Below are positions 30,428 through 38,176 of a DNA stretch of 55,086 bases, one piece after another. Numbering within the stretch: position 1 is the stretch's first letter; each line of letters begins with the position of its first letter. Source of the stretch: Candidatus Thalassarchaeaceae archaeon (GTDB taxonomy: Archaea > Thermoplasmatota > Poseidoniia > Poseidoniales > Thalassarchaeaceae); the NCBI GenBank assembly GCA_030747395.1, contig JASLKT010000003.1:1-55086 (forward strand), read 5' to 3'. A model generated the notes under the pieces. It did no database searches and was not told the DNA's origin. It was given only the letters and a program-made list of their open reading frames with translations. A program made the translations under genes and the position numbers.

Positions 30428-31249
30428 ATGACAACTTCAATTCGATTCGATGCAGATGATGAAGAGTTCTATGGAGATATGGCGAGTATTGGTTCGGCCA
30501 AATTCGATGCGATTCTCACAGGTAAGGCACTCAATGAAGGAAGTATTCCCCGAGGATTTACGCTGTTGGCCATTGGTAACCAAGGTGCTGGAATGGATCT
30601 GTTTGGAAAACAATTTGCTTCTGTTGCCGAAGATACAGCGAATACACTTCTCGTATCTACAGCTGAAAGCCAAGCCGAAATTCTCTCACTGTTCAAACGC
30701 TATGACTGGCCAACAGACATCATGGTAAGAACCATGGGTGAAGAGTACAATCGCAACGTTCTCGAGAGAGATTTGAGGGCTAGCAAATATCGCCTTGAAG
30801 GATTTACAATGCAGGACATTCAACGGCTTGCACAAACACGATTCGTTGAAAATGAAGTCCATGATTACCTTACAGACCTAACAAGCCAGATGACTTCCCT
30901 ACCCTCCTACTTCAGAGCGGCTGTTGACAATTTGGACTTTTTCTTCGCCAGAAATGAACCGTCTCGTGTTGTTTCGATGCTGCGCATGATTCAAGCACAC
31001 ACACAATTACACCGCGGCATCCTTTTACTCAATGTGTCAAGCGATATGGTTGACAAATCCGTTGTTCGGGAATTGTATTCAATTTGTGATATCGTAATGG
31101 AATTTGAAGTCGGCATGATGGGAACTGATTTTGAAACTCGGATGGTCATTCGAAAATTCCGCAACGGGCCTGAGAATCTCAAAGCGATTTCATTCCGTGT
31201 CACCAAGGATGAAGCCATCACACCAGAAACAGTGGAACGCATTGCTTGA
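30428..31249 (+). CDS. Degenerate KaiC/RecA-fold paralog with eroded Walker A
   Basis: GSIPRGFTLLAIGNQGAGMDLF stands in place of the P-loop. AAVDNLDFF stands in place of Walker B. Ends ...MVIRKFRNGPENLKAISF, like the KaiC-family C-terminal strand. GAGGTG SD upstream. Confidence 0.55.
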   Translation: MTTSIRFDADDEEFYGDMASIGSAKFDAILTGKALNEGSIPRGFTLLAIGNQGAGMDLFGKQFASVAEDTANTLLVSTAESQAEILSLFKRYDWPTDIMVRTMGEEYNRNVLERDLRASKYRLEGFTMQDIQRLAQTRFVENEVHDYLTDLTSQMTSLPSYFRAAVDNLDFFFARNEPSRVVSMLRMIQAHTQLHRGILLLNVSSDMVDKSVVRELYSICDIVMEFEVGMMGTDFETRMVIRKFRNGPENLKAISFRVTKDEAITPETVERIA

Positions 31250-31418
31250 GTGATCCAACTGGTAGCCGAGCGAATTCGGAGGGGTGGCGAGGCGGGAAGC
31301 CCACTGCAACCCCATCCCACTATCGATTCCATTGCAGAGGGTTTTCGGATAGACCCTTGCAATATGTTCAGTTGGATTATTCGATAGGTAATTAGGGGGC
31401 GTGAAATCATAGAGGTTT

Positions 31419-31580
31419 ATGGTAGCACAACCAGGCGACGACAATTATTGCAATGATTGTGGAGAATGTTCAGAGGAAGAGATGAAGGAATTCCCTATTG
31501 AGTTATGCGAAGTCTGCGAAAAACTCGTGTGTAGTAGATGCACACATTCGAATTGCGGACCCCTTGAGATGTTTGAGTAG
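31419..31580 (+). CDS. Cys-rich 53-aa zinc-ribbon-like miniprotein (below the ORF-track length cutoff)
   Basis: ATG 31419 preceded by GAGG. Translation: MVAQPGDDNYCNDCGECSEEEMKEFPIELCEVCEKLVCSRCTHSNCGPLEMFE*. Eight Cys, with the first seven arranged as CxxCxxC...CxxC...CxxC and a further Cys four residues downstream. Confidence 0.45.
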   Translation: MVAQPGDDNYCNDCGECSEEEMKEFPIELCEVCEKLVCSRCTHSNCGPLEMFE

Positions 31581-31599
31581 ACATTGATCCGGAATCGCG

Positions 31600-31622
31600 T
31601 TTCAAAGGGCCCCCTCTGAAAA
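31600..31622. terminator. Imperfect hairpin with flanking T/A runs between the convergent miniprotein ORF and the peptidase gene
   Basis: TTTCAAAGGGCCCCCTCTGAAAA: about 8 bp with one mismatch, T3 on plus and T4 on minus. Confidence 0.3.
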
Positions 31623-31628
31623 TGTAGT

Positions 31629-32651
31629 TCAGAAGTATCCTGTAATCCAAACGATCGGATCACCAAACAACACGAGGGGGAGGATTGCAGGGAAAACAAA
31701 TAGCAAAAATGGATGTTTGGCCGTTACCCAAGCTTTCTCCAACCCTTCTGCCGCCAATTCATCCAGAACAGCCCCAACATCTGTTTCAGCCCGACTTCCC
31801 CGAACGGGTCGCATGCGACGAGTGATACCGCGAGTTCCGTCGGGTTTGTCTACCACTTCCTCTAGCAACCAAACATGTTTCAGAGGTATTTCTGACAAAG
31901 GCATTCTTGACGCATGCCACGACATTGACAGAGGACTCAAATCTCCAGCACTAGCATTCCGAATAAGCATCACAAATGGTAGAACAAGGAATGCCAATCC
32001 GGCCCAAATCAACAAAGAAAGGGCTGGAGGCATCGCTGTAGAAAATTCCCCTCCTGATGAATTCAGTGGGAATGCGGCACCATTCCATGAGGGCAACAAC
32101 AGCGTGGCCAACATCATCGCTTTTGCATCGGCACCGCCGTGCAACATTCTGAATCTCCAAGCCATTTCAAAGAAGATGAGAACGAATCCCATGATGACCA
32201 TTTGACCCCACAGGAGTGCTGATTCAGTGTCGGCAGTTGAATTGATGATATTCGGGTCAAAATAATCGAGAAGAATTGGTGTGTATTCCATTGCACCCAT
32301 CACTAGACCCACTCCGCTAACAAAGTACCAAATTGTGACCAATATATCTAGGAGTGAGCCGTTCATGATATCTGAAATTTCGGGCCTCCCAATCAATGCG
32401 GTTGATGCAAAAGCAACCGCTGCGGAAGCTGTGAGCCAAATCATCCAGTTCGCTTCTAGGACAAGCAATTCAAGGCATAACAAGAACAGAGTGGGTTTTG
32501 CCCACGCCCACCACCACTCATTCGATACACGGCGAGTTTTGTGATCTAACCAAGCAGCGCCACCAAAACACAGGATGAGAACTCCGACGCGAACCCACTG
32601 AATGAGTTCCAATTCAAAGTGGCCATCTGTCACGGGAATCAACCCCTGCAC
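31629..32651 (-). CDS. A24-family prepilin/preflagellin-type aspartyl peptidase (PibD/FlaK-like)
   Basis: First Asp motif AAWLDHKTRRVSNEWWW and second MLHGGADAKAMMLATL (GxGD-type), in a polytopic membrane protein. I trimmed the 416-aa ORF to GTG 32651 because its upstream part overlaps the UPF0147 gene on the other strand. The start is uncertain. Confidence 0.6.
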   Translation of the reverse strand: MQGLIPVTDGHFELELIQWVRVGVLILCFGGAAWLDHKTRRVSNEWWWAWAKPTLFLLCLELLVLEANWMIWLTASAAVAFASTALIGRPEISDIMNGSLLDILVTIWYFVSGVGLVMGAMEYTPILLDYFDPNIINSTADTESALLWGQMVIMGFVLIFFEMAWRFRMLHGGADAKAMMLATLLLPSWNGAAFPLNSSGGEFSTAMPPALSLLIWAGLAFLVLPFVMLIRNASAGDLSPLSMSWHASRMPLSEIPLKHVWLLEEVVDKPDGTRGITRRMRPVRGSRAETDVGAVLDELAAEGLEKAWVTAKHPFLLFVFPAILPLVLFGDPIVWITGYF

Positions 32652-32714
32652 TGGAAAGCGCCTTAAAGCAGCCTCGGCCCCCCAGCGATGTGAACGTAGG
32701 TTCGAGGGAGTACC

Positions 32715-32990
32715 ATGACGACCGATATCGAAAACCGTATGCAGCAAATCGCTGCTGTGATTACACAATTGGATGATCCAAAAGTGCCCCGAAACATCCG
32801 CAAGGGTGCGAAAGATGCTGTGGAAAATTGGCTGCTGAACAAAGGGAAGCCACTCGATGTCCGAATTTCTCTCACTCAAGCAAAGTTGGAAGAACTCTAC
32901 GAAGATCCAAACATCCCAATGGAATTTGGAACTTTGATTTTACAAATCAATACTGCCTTGGAGCAGATGCTTACTGATTTGCACTCCTGA
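32715..32990 (+). CDS. UPF0147-family small archaeal protein
   Basis: IAAVITQLDDPKVPRNIRKGAKDAVENWL...EELYEDPNIPMEFGTLILQI matches the remembered UPF0147 pattern (VPRNIR...DPNMP). Confidence 0.75.
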   Translation: MTTDIENRMQQIAAVITQLDDPKVPRNIRKGAKDAVENWLLNKGKPLDVRISLTQAKLEELYEDPNIPMEFGTLILQINTALEQMLTDLHS

Positions 32991-33744
32991 TGGCCCACGG
33001 CATTTTCGTGTTGGCCAACCCCTGGCCCTCTCCATTGACTGTGATGCCGATGAGTCCAACCTCAATTGTGGGGTCGAATAGTGAAAGCCCATACTCAAGA
33101 CGTTGCTGCAAAGTGCCCGTTTGAATCGCGACACGATGACACAACATTTTGATTGTAATTTCTTCACCAATACCGGTCGCTGCAAGAGCAATTCCCTCAT
33201 CAATCCACAGACCTGGGCCCCATAAGGGAGTATCACCAACCCTTCCCCGTGGCCTTCCTGTGCAACCCCCGGTTGACGTTGCAACGGCCATCGACCCCTT
33301 TTCATCGATGGCGACACAACCAACTGTGTCATTTCCAGATGGTGAATCACTTCCTTCCACTTTCGCATTTGGATATCCTTGAGCATCTGCCCAATCACGT
33401 GCACCCTGACCCACGAGGATGTGGAATGGTTGATCGAGTAAACCTGCAGCAACATGGATGGGATTTGGCGTGTCCTCGATTGCCATAATCGAACCAAGTC
33501 TGCCATCTGAAGTCGCCACTGCAGCATCCAATTGTACCGAACCATCGGCTCGTTTCCGCCCACCAGTCCCTGCGTTAAGAACGGGGTCATCCTCCATGAT
33601 TTCGACGGCGGCGAGAACCGCATCAAGAGCAGAACCTCCGGCTGACAAAATGGCCCAACCGGCATCAGCTGCGGCGTCAACCCCTGGTTGATCTTTGGCA
33701 GTGTGGCCAGCCCCACCATGGCAGACAATCATCGGTTTGGCCAT
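32971..33744 (-). CDS. Isoaspartyl peptidase / plant-type L-asparaginase (Ntn hydrolase)
   Basis: IVCHGGAG, NAGTGG, autoprocessing site GNDTVGCVAID, TSTGG. Confidence 0.85.
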   Translation of the reverse strand: MAKPMIVCHGGAGHTAKDQPGVDAAADAGWAILSAGGSALDAVLAAVEIMEDDPVLNAGTGGRKRADGSVQLDAAVATSDGRLGSIMAIEDTPNPIHVAAGLLDQPFHILVGQGARDWADAQGYPNAKVEGSDSPSGNDTVGCVAIDEKGSMAVATSTGGCTGRPRGRVGDTPLWGPGLWIDEGIALAATGIGEEITIKMLCHRVAIQTGTLQQRLEYGLSLFDPTIEVGLIGITVNGEGQGLANTKMPWAIRSANQ

Positions 33745-35075
33745 TATTCATCCTCCTGATTCGCTGTCAAGCGCAGGGAAATTTGTGCAAATGCAGCAAT
33801 GACAGTGAGAATACAACTTAGACGGAATACGGTATGATATGTCCATTTCCCAGTACCATCTACAGTTTCAGCCCACACAAATGCGGCAAGAATAGGGCCA
33901 ATGATTCGGGAAAGGGCACCATATCCTTCCTGGGCCCCCATCACCCGGCCAAGATCCAATTGAGATGCTCGGGCTTCTAGAGTCATCAGAGTATTTTGTG
34001 TCGGTTGAAATAGGCCATTGCCTAGAGCGATACAGGCCATGGGAAGAAGAATCACAATGAAAGGTTCAGGGGTCAAATATGGAATCCAGCCGAGACCAAG
34101 ACCACAAACAAGCAATCCGAATACCATCATTTTCCGAGTATCTATTCGTTCCGCCATTGCACTGCGCATGAAACCACCCTGGACGAATACGCCAACAAGT
34201 CCTACAAAGGCAAAGATGTAACCATTGACACGGGCATCGAATCCAAGGCCACCTTGTTCGATTGGCATTGCGGTGAATAGAATAAATGTCGTGTGCATGA
34301 TGGTGAAAGCCACTAGGAATAATGAATTGACAAGAATCAATATTCGTACCGACGGAGATAGATTTTGAATCCCAACCAAATTACCAGTGATTCGTTTGAG
34401 GACATTTCCTTTCTTCTCAACTTTCGTTCGTGACTCAAGTGGTAGACTCTCAGGCAATTGACGGATTGCCAGTGAGAAGGATACTGCGGAAAGCAACCCT
34501 GCAATTAGACAGGGAAGAAAGTAGGGGTGATTCTGCCACCAAGGAGATAGGAATACACCTCCAAAGTTGGTATATGGATCCGTTAGAATACCTCCAAGGA
34601 ATGGACCAATCATGAATCCCAACCCAAAAGCAGCACCAATCATTCCCATTCGCCCCTTCAACTGAGAAGGTGTACTGATGTCGCCAATATAGGCGCGTGC
34701 AACAGCAATATTCCCATTCCCTGCACCTGCAAGGAATCTGACGATAAGCGCAAACCATAGGCTGCCTGACAAACCGAATGCAATGAAGAAAATTGTATTT
34801 GATACCAAACCCAACATGATGATTGGGCGACGGCCCAGGCGGTCTGAAAGAGAACCCAATATTGGTGTGAACAAAAATTGGCCAAAGGTATAGGCGGCCA
34901 ACATGATGCCAACCCAAAGATCACGTTCACCGATTTCGGTGAAACCATCACCTGTTGCTAAATCTTGAACGAAATAGGTGAGAAACGGGATGACCAATGT
35001 GAATCCAATCAGGTCGATGAGAACAACGAGGAATAGAATCCCCATGCCTGAAGGGGGCTCTTTTTGGTCACCCAT
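33744..35075 (-). CDS. MFS transporter (drug/H+ antiporter-like)
   Basis: 12-TM profile and the motif GSLSDRLGRRPIIMLG (MFS loop 2-3). The stop overlaps the downstream start by 1 nt (TAATG). Confidence 0.85.
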   Translation of the reverse strand: MGDQKEPPSGMGILFLVVLIDLIGFTLVIPFLTYFVQDLATGDGFTEIGERDLWVGIMLAAYTFGQFLFTPILGSLSDRLGRRPIIMLGLVSNTIFFIAFGLSGSLWFALIVRFLAGAGNGNIAVARAYIGDISTPSQLKGRMGMIGAAFGLGFMIGPFLGGILTDPYTNFGGVFLSPWWQNHPYFLPCLIAGLLSAVSFSLAIRQLPESLPLESRTKVEKKGNVLKRITGNLVGIQNLSPSVRILILVNSLFLVAFTIMHTTFILFTAMPIEQGGLGFDARVNGYIFAFVGLVGVFVQGGFMRSAMAERIDTRKMMVFGLLVCGLGLGWIPYLTPEPFIVILLPMACIALGNGLFQPTQNTLMTLEARASQLDLGRVMGAQEGYGALSRIIGPILAAFVWAETVDGTGKWTYHTVFRLSCILTVIAAFAQISLRLTANQEDE

Positions 35076-35090
35076 GGCCTACGGCCATGG
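35072..35090. promoter_or_regulatory. Perfect palindrome CCATGGCC-GTA-GGCCATGG (minus-strand reading) containing the MFS start codon
   Basis: Read directly: 8-bp arms. The 3' arm on the minus strand holds the ATG at 35075-35073. Confidence 0.5.
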
Positions 35091-35112
35091 AAGACAGGGC
35101 ATAAGTCTGCGC

Positions 35113-37182
35113 TCAAGCGGAAGGATGGCCACTTGGATTTGGCGTCAAACGGTCAATTACCGCACCGAGCCGCTCGACCAAGGAACTCTTATTCTCGTTT
35201 GAGACCAATGCATTTTCCATCACTTCATCTAGAGTATCAACTGCGATAACCTCGATTCGATCTTTGTAAGCATCATCGATGAGAACGTCTTTCATGTTTG
35301 CTCGTGGTATGATGACTCGATTGATTCCGCTCTTTGCTGCGGCTTCAATTTTCGCGGTCACACCACCAATCGGGAGAACTTCGCCCCGAACCGATAGTGA
35401 ACCGGTCATGGCTAGATTCTGATCGATTGGAATGTCCTCGAACGCAGAGATGATGGCTGTTGCAATCGTAATGCTGGCACTGTCTCCATCCACACCATGA
35501 GTATCGACGAATTGGATGTGGATGTCATAATCGGCGACGTCCTTTCCTGTTAGTTTCTTGATGACGGCACTCACATTGGTGACGCTTTCTTTGGCCAAAT
35601 CAGACAGCCCGCCCGTGGCAAAGACACTGCCTGATTTCGATTGTGTGGGCGTTACCAACGCTTCGACAGGTAGCATAATCCCACTGAAATCGGACATTCC
35701 ACTATCAGCACCAAGAACGGCCAATCCATTCACTCGTCCAACGCGCTCTCCACTGTTGACGAGGAGGGAATAATCACGCCGATGCTCAATCATACGATCT
35801 GCAACCTGCTGTTCCAACGGACGAGCGATGCGGCGCGCACCCAGAACATGGTTGCCAGTCGTGATGGTTGAGTTCTCTTCGCAGGCTAGGTCGCCTGCAA
35901 TTCGAACCAAACCTCCAAGCTCACGTAGACGCAGAGTGAGTTTACCTCGACGTCCGGCCCTTCGCTGAGCTTCACGTAGAATCACCTCGACCGCAGAGCG
36001 GTCAAAATGAGGAATCGGTTTGCCCGTCTTCTTGTTCAATTCATTGCGTACTTCCTGGGCGATGAATCGAATCAATCGACGACGGTTGCGTGCGGTGTCG
36101 CGCATTGTGGAATTCACGTATACCTCGTAGCCATATCCTCGAATTCGACTGCGTAGCGCAGGGTGCATATGTTGTACTGCATCGAGATTGCCTGCCGCAA
36201 CTAGAATGAAATCACAAGGCACTGCTTCGGTCTTGGTAAGAGCGCCGGATGAACGCTCCGATCGACCTGAAATGGGGAATGCTTTCTCCTGCATAGCCGT
36301 TAGCAATGCCTGTTGTTCTTCAAGACGTAGTAGATTGATTTCATCAATGAACAGAACGCCACCATTGGCCTTGTGAATTGCACCGCCTTCAACTCGCTCA
36401 TGAGCAGGTGTTTCCATACCACCAGATTGGAATGGGTCGTGACGGACATCACCAAGTAAACTACCAGCAAGTGTCCCTGTTGCGTCAATAAATGGCGGCA
36501 TATCTCCTCGCTTTCGTTTGACCAATAATTTGGGAATTCTGGATTCATCACTTGAGACCAAACGATTCTTGATGAACATATAACCAAAGGCGAGTAAGAA
36601 CATTCCAAAGAGCAACATCACAATGTCACCAGATTGGATGGTTGCCAATAGGAGGGCGGCACCGATGAGGAGTGCGACAAACATCAGTGTTCGACTGGTG
36701 CGTTCTCGTTGTTCACGAAGTTGTGCACGGCGATCCTTGACAATACGATCACCTCTCCCTGCTGGCACGGTTCGGATGCGAGGTTCATTTTCATCATCAT
36801 CATTAACGTAGCAAAGAGTATCTTCCAAGGATTCGCTTGGCATGAGTTCAGTCATCGCTTTGGCTAGCATGCTCTTACCAGTTCCAGGGTCCCCAATCAT
36901 CAACATGTGCCGGCGCTGCTCGGCGGCTTTTCGAATCACGATAGCTGCATCTTCCTGCCCGATGACTTGATCGACCAAACAATCAGGGATGGGGACATCT
37001 GCAGTCGAATCAAATGAGATGCCCTGAAGCCATTCATCGACAGGTACCTCAATGATGGGATCATCTGCCCCATCAGCAATTGAACCTAGACCAAATCCAC
37101 TCTTTTCAGTGGGAGTGGGGTCGAGTTCTTCGATGATGGCCACCTCTTCTGTGACCTCTTCATCCACTTGTTCATCCGCCAT
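35113..37182 (-). CDS. lon: Archaeal membrane-bound Lon protease (LonB)
   Basis: Walker [10 protein letters not shown] two-helix membrane insert lies inside the AAA+ module ([15 protein letters not shown]...[14 protein letters not shown]). Protease Ser-Lys region [24 protein letters not shown]. Confidence 0.93.
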   Translation of the reverse strand: MADEQVDEEVTEEVAIIEELDPTPTEKSGFGLGSIADGADDPIIEVPVDEWLQGISFDSTADVPIPDCLVDQVIGQEDAAIVIRKAAEQRRHMLMIGDPGTGKSMLAKAMTELMPSESLEDTLCYVNDDDENEPRIRTVPAGRGDRIVKDRRAQLREQRERTSRTLMFVALLIGAALLLATIQSGDIVMLLFGMFLLAFGYMFIKNRLVSSDESRIPKLLVKRKRGDMPPFIDATGTLAGSLLGDVRHDPFQSGGMETPAHERVEGGAIHKANGGVLFIDEINLLRLEEQQALLTAMQEKAFPISGRSERSSGALTKTEAVPCDFILVAAGNLDAVQHMHPALRSRIRGYGYEVYVNSTMRDTARNRRRLIRFIAQEVRNELNKKTGKPIPHFDRSAVEVILREAQRRAGRRGKLTLRLRELGGLVRIAGDLACEENSTITTGNHVLGARRIARPLEQQVADRMIEHRRDYSLLVNSGERVGRVNGLAVLGADSGMSDFSGIMLPVEALVTPTQSKSGSVFATGGLSDLAKESVTNVSAVIKKLTGKDVADYDIHIQFVDTHGVDGDSASITIATAIISAFEDIPIDQNLAMTGSLSVRGEVLPIGGVTAKIEAAAKSGINRVIIPRANMKDVLIDDAYKDRIEVIAVDTLDEVMENALVSNENKSSLVERLGAVIDRLTPNPSGHPSA

Positions 37183-37249
37183 GGCGACCTCTCCAGTATT
37201 GTTCTGGTGCTCGGCTACGTTCTTGAATGTGCGGTATCGCTACTTCAAG

Positions 37250-37278
37250 CGCCCAAGGGGGCTTTAGCCCCTTGGGCG
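37250..37278. promoter_or_regulatory. GC-rich hairpin CGCCCAAGGGG(G)C-TTTA-GCCCCTTGGGCG in the lon/trmI divergent spacer
   Basis: Read directly: 12 bp with one bulged G. Confidence 0.5.
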
Positions 37279-37401
37279 AGAAGTCGACACCTATCGTCGA
37301 ATTGATATTCTGGACCGATGTCCGAATGTCATCCACTCAGCCGCCTCCGGGTCGGTGCTCTGCTTGCAGGGTCGAGTTCTTTGGAACTGGGATGTGAAAA
37401 T

Positions 37402-38175
37402 ATGCAGGAATACACCGCACTACGAGAAGAAGATGGACGTACTTACATCGTCCCAATTCAGGACGATGAATTGAAGATTAGAGGACTCGGAAGATTCGCA
37501 CCGAAACCCTTGCTTGAGGGAATTGCTAACGGTGAAAGGGTCACCATCGGTCAAAAGCTCCTCACCAGAGTCGAAGTTGGCCTCCCTGAACTACGAAAGG
37601 GTATGAAACGAAGAGCACAGATCATCAATCCAAAAGATGCTGGATTTCTCATTGCATGGATGGGGATTGGTTCAGGTCAACGTGTCCTTGAAACGGGACA
37701 TGGATCGGGTGGGCTTGCACTTCACCTCGCAAATGTTCTCGGCTCAAGTGGTACACTGGTTTCAGTTGAAAATAGACCAGAACATGCCGAAGTAGGGCGA
37801 GAAAACATGGAGAGGGCAGCCGGAGCAATGAGAGAATTTCCAACTTGGATTCTATTGGAAGGAGATATTGCTGAAACATCGTTTGAGGGGATTGTCGAAG
37901 ATTTCGATGCTATCATCCTAGATCTACCTGAACCTTGGCCAGTCATTGCACCACTCGCAAAGAAACTGCGATACGGTGGGCGAATTGCTTGCTATTGTCC
38001 AGTTTCTAGTCAATTGGAAAAGGCGTGGAATGCTTGTGAAGAGGCGGGCTTAATCGTCGACTGGGCTGGGGAAATGATGGATCGCGTTTGGACAAAAGCC
38101 AGCCGTGGTGGTGTGAGGCCAGGTAACACACCGATGGGACACACTGCATTCTTGCTCATTGCAGAACGAATCTGA
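37402..38175 (+). CDS. trmI: tRNA (adenine-N1)-methyltransferase TrmI (m1A57/58)
   Basis: PKDAGFLIAWMGIGSGQRVLETGHGSGGLALHLA (SAM motif I) and ILDLPEPW. Start moved to ATG 37402. Confidence 0.8.
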   Translation: MQEYTALREEDGRTYIVPIQDDELKIRGLGRFAPKPLLEGIANGERVTIGQKLLTRVEVGLPELRKGMKRRAQIINPKDAGFLIAWMGIGSGQRVLETGHGSGGLALHLANVLGSSGTLVSVENRPEHAEVGRENMERAAGAMREFPTWILLEGDIAETSFEGIVEDFDAIILDLPEPWPVIAPLAKKLRYGGRIACYCPVSSQLEKAWNACEEAGLIVDWAGEMMDRVWTKASRGGVRPGNTPMGHTAFLLIAERI

Positions 38176-38176
38176 A

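Noticed and set aside
30991-31699. Minus-strand ORFs 30991-31410, 31190-31444 and 31445-31699 in and around the KaiC-3/peptidase spacer
   Set aside because: They overlap the well-supported KaiC-like gene or each other. They have low-complexity S/R/C-rich translations and no SD. The plus-strand 53-aa Cys-rich ORF explains the region better.
32690-32703. GAAC-GTAG-GTTC mini-hairpin in the peptidase/UPF0147 divergent spacer as a fifth member of the C-GTA-G palindrome family
   Set aside because: It has only a 4-bp stem and needs a 4-nt loop, which is within chance expectation.
32940-33728. 262-aa ORF on the same strand as the asparaginase/isoaspartyl peptidase gene, in another frame and almost fully overlapping it
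   Set aside because: The translation is W/Q/R/L-rich with no motif. The 257-aa frame has clear Ntn-hydrolase signatures (GNDTVG, NAGTGG). This is most likely a stop-free alternative frame that arose by chance.
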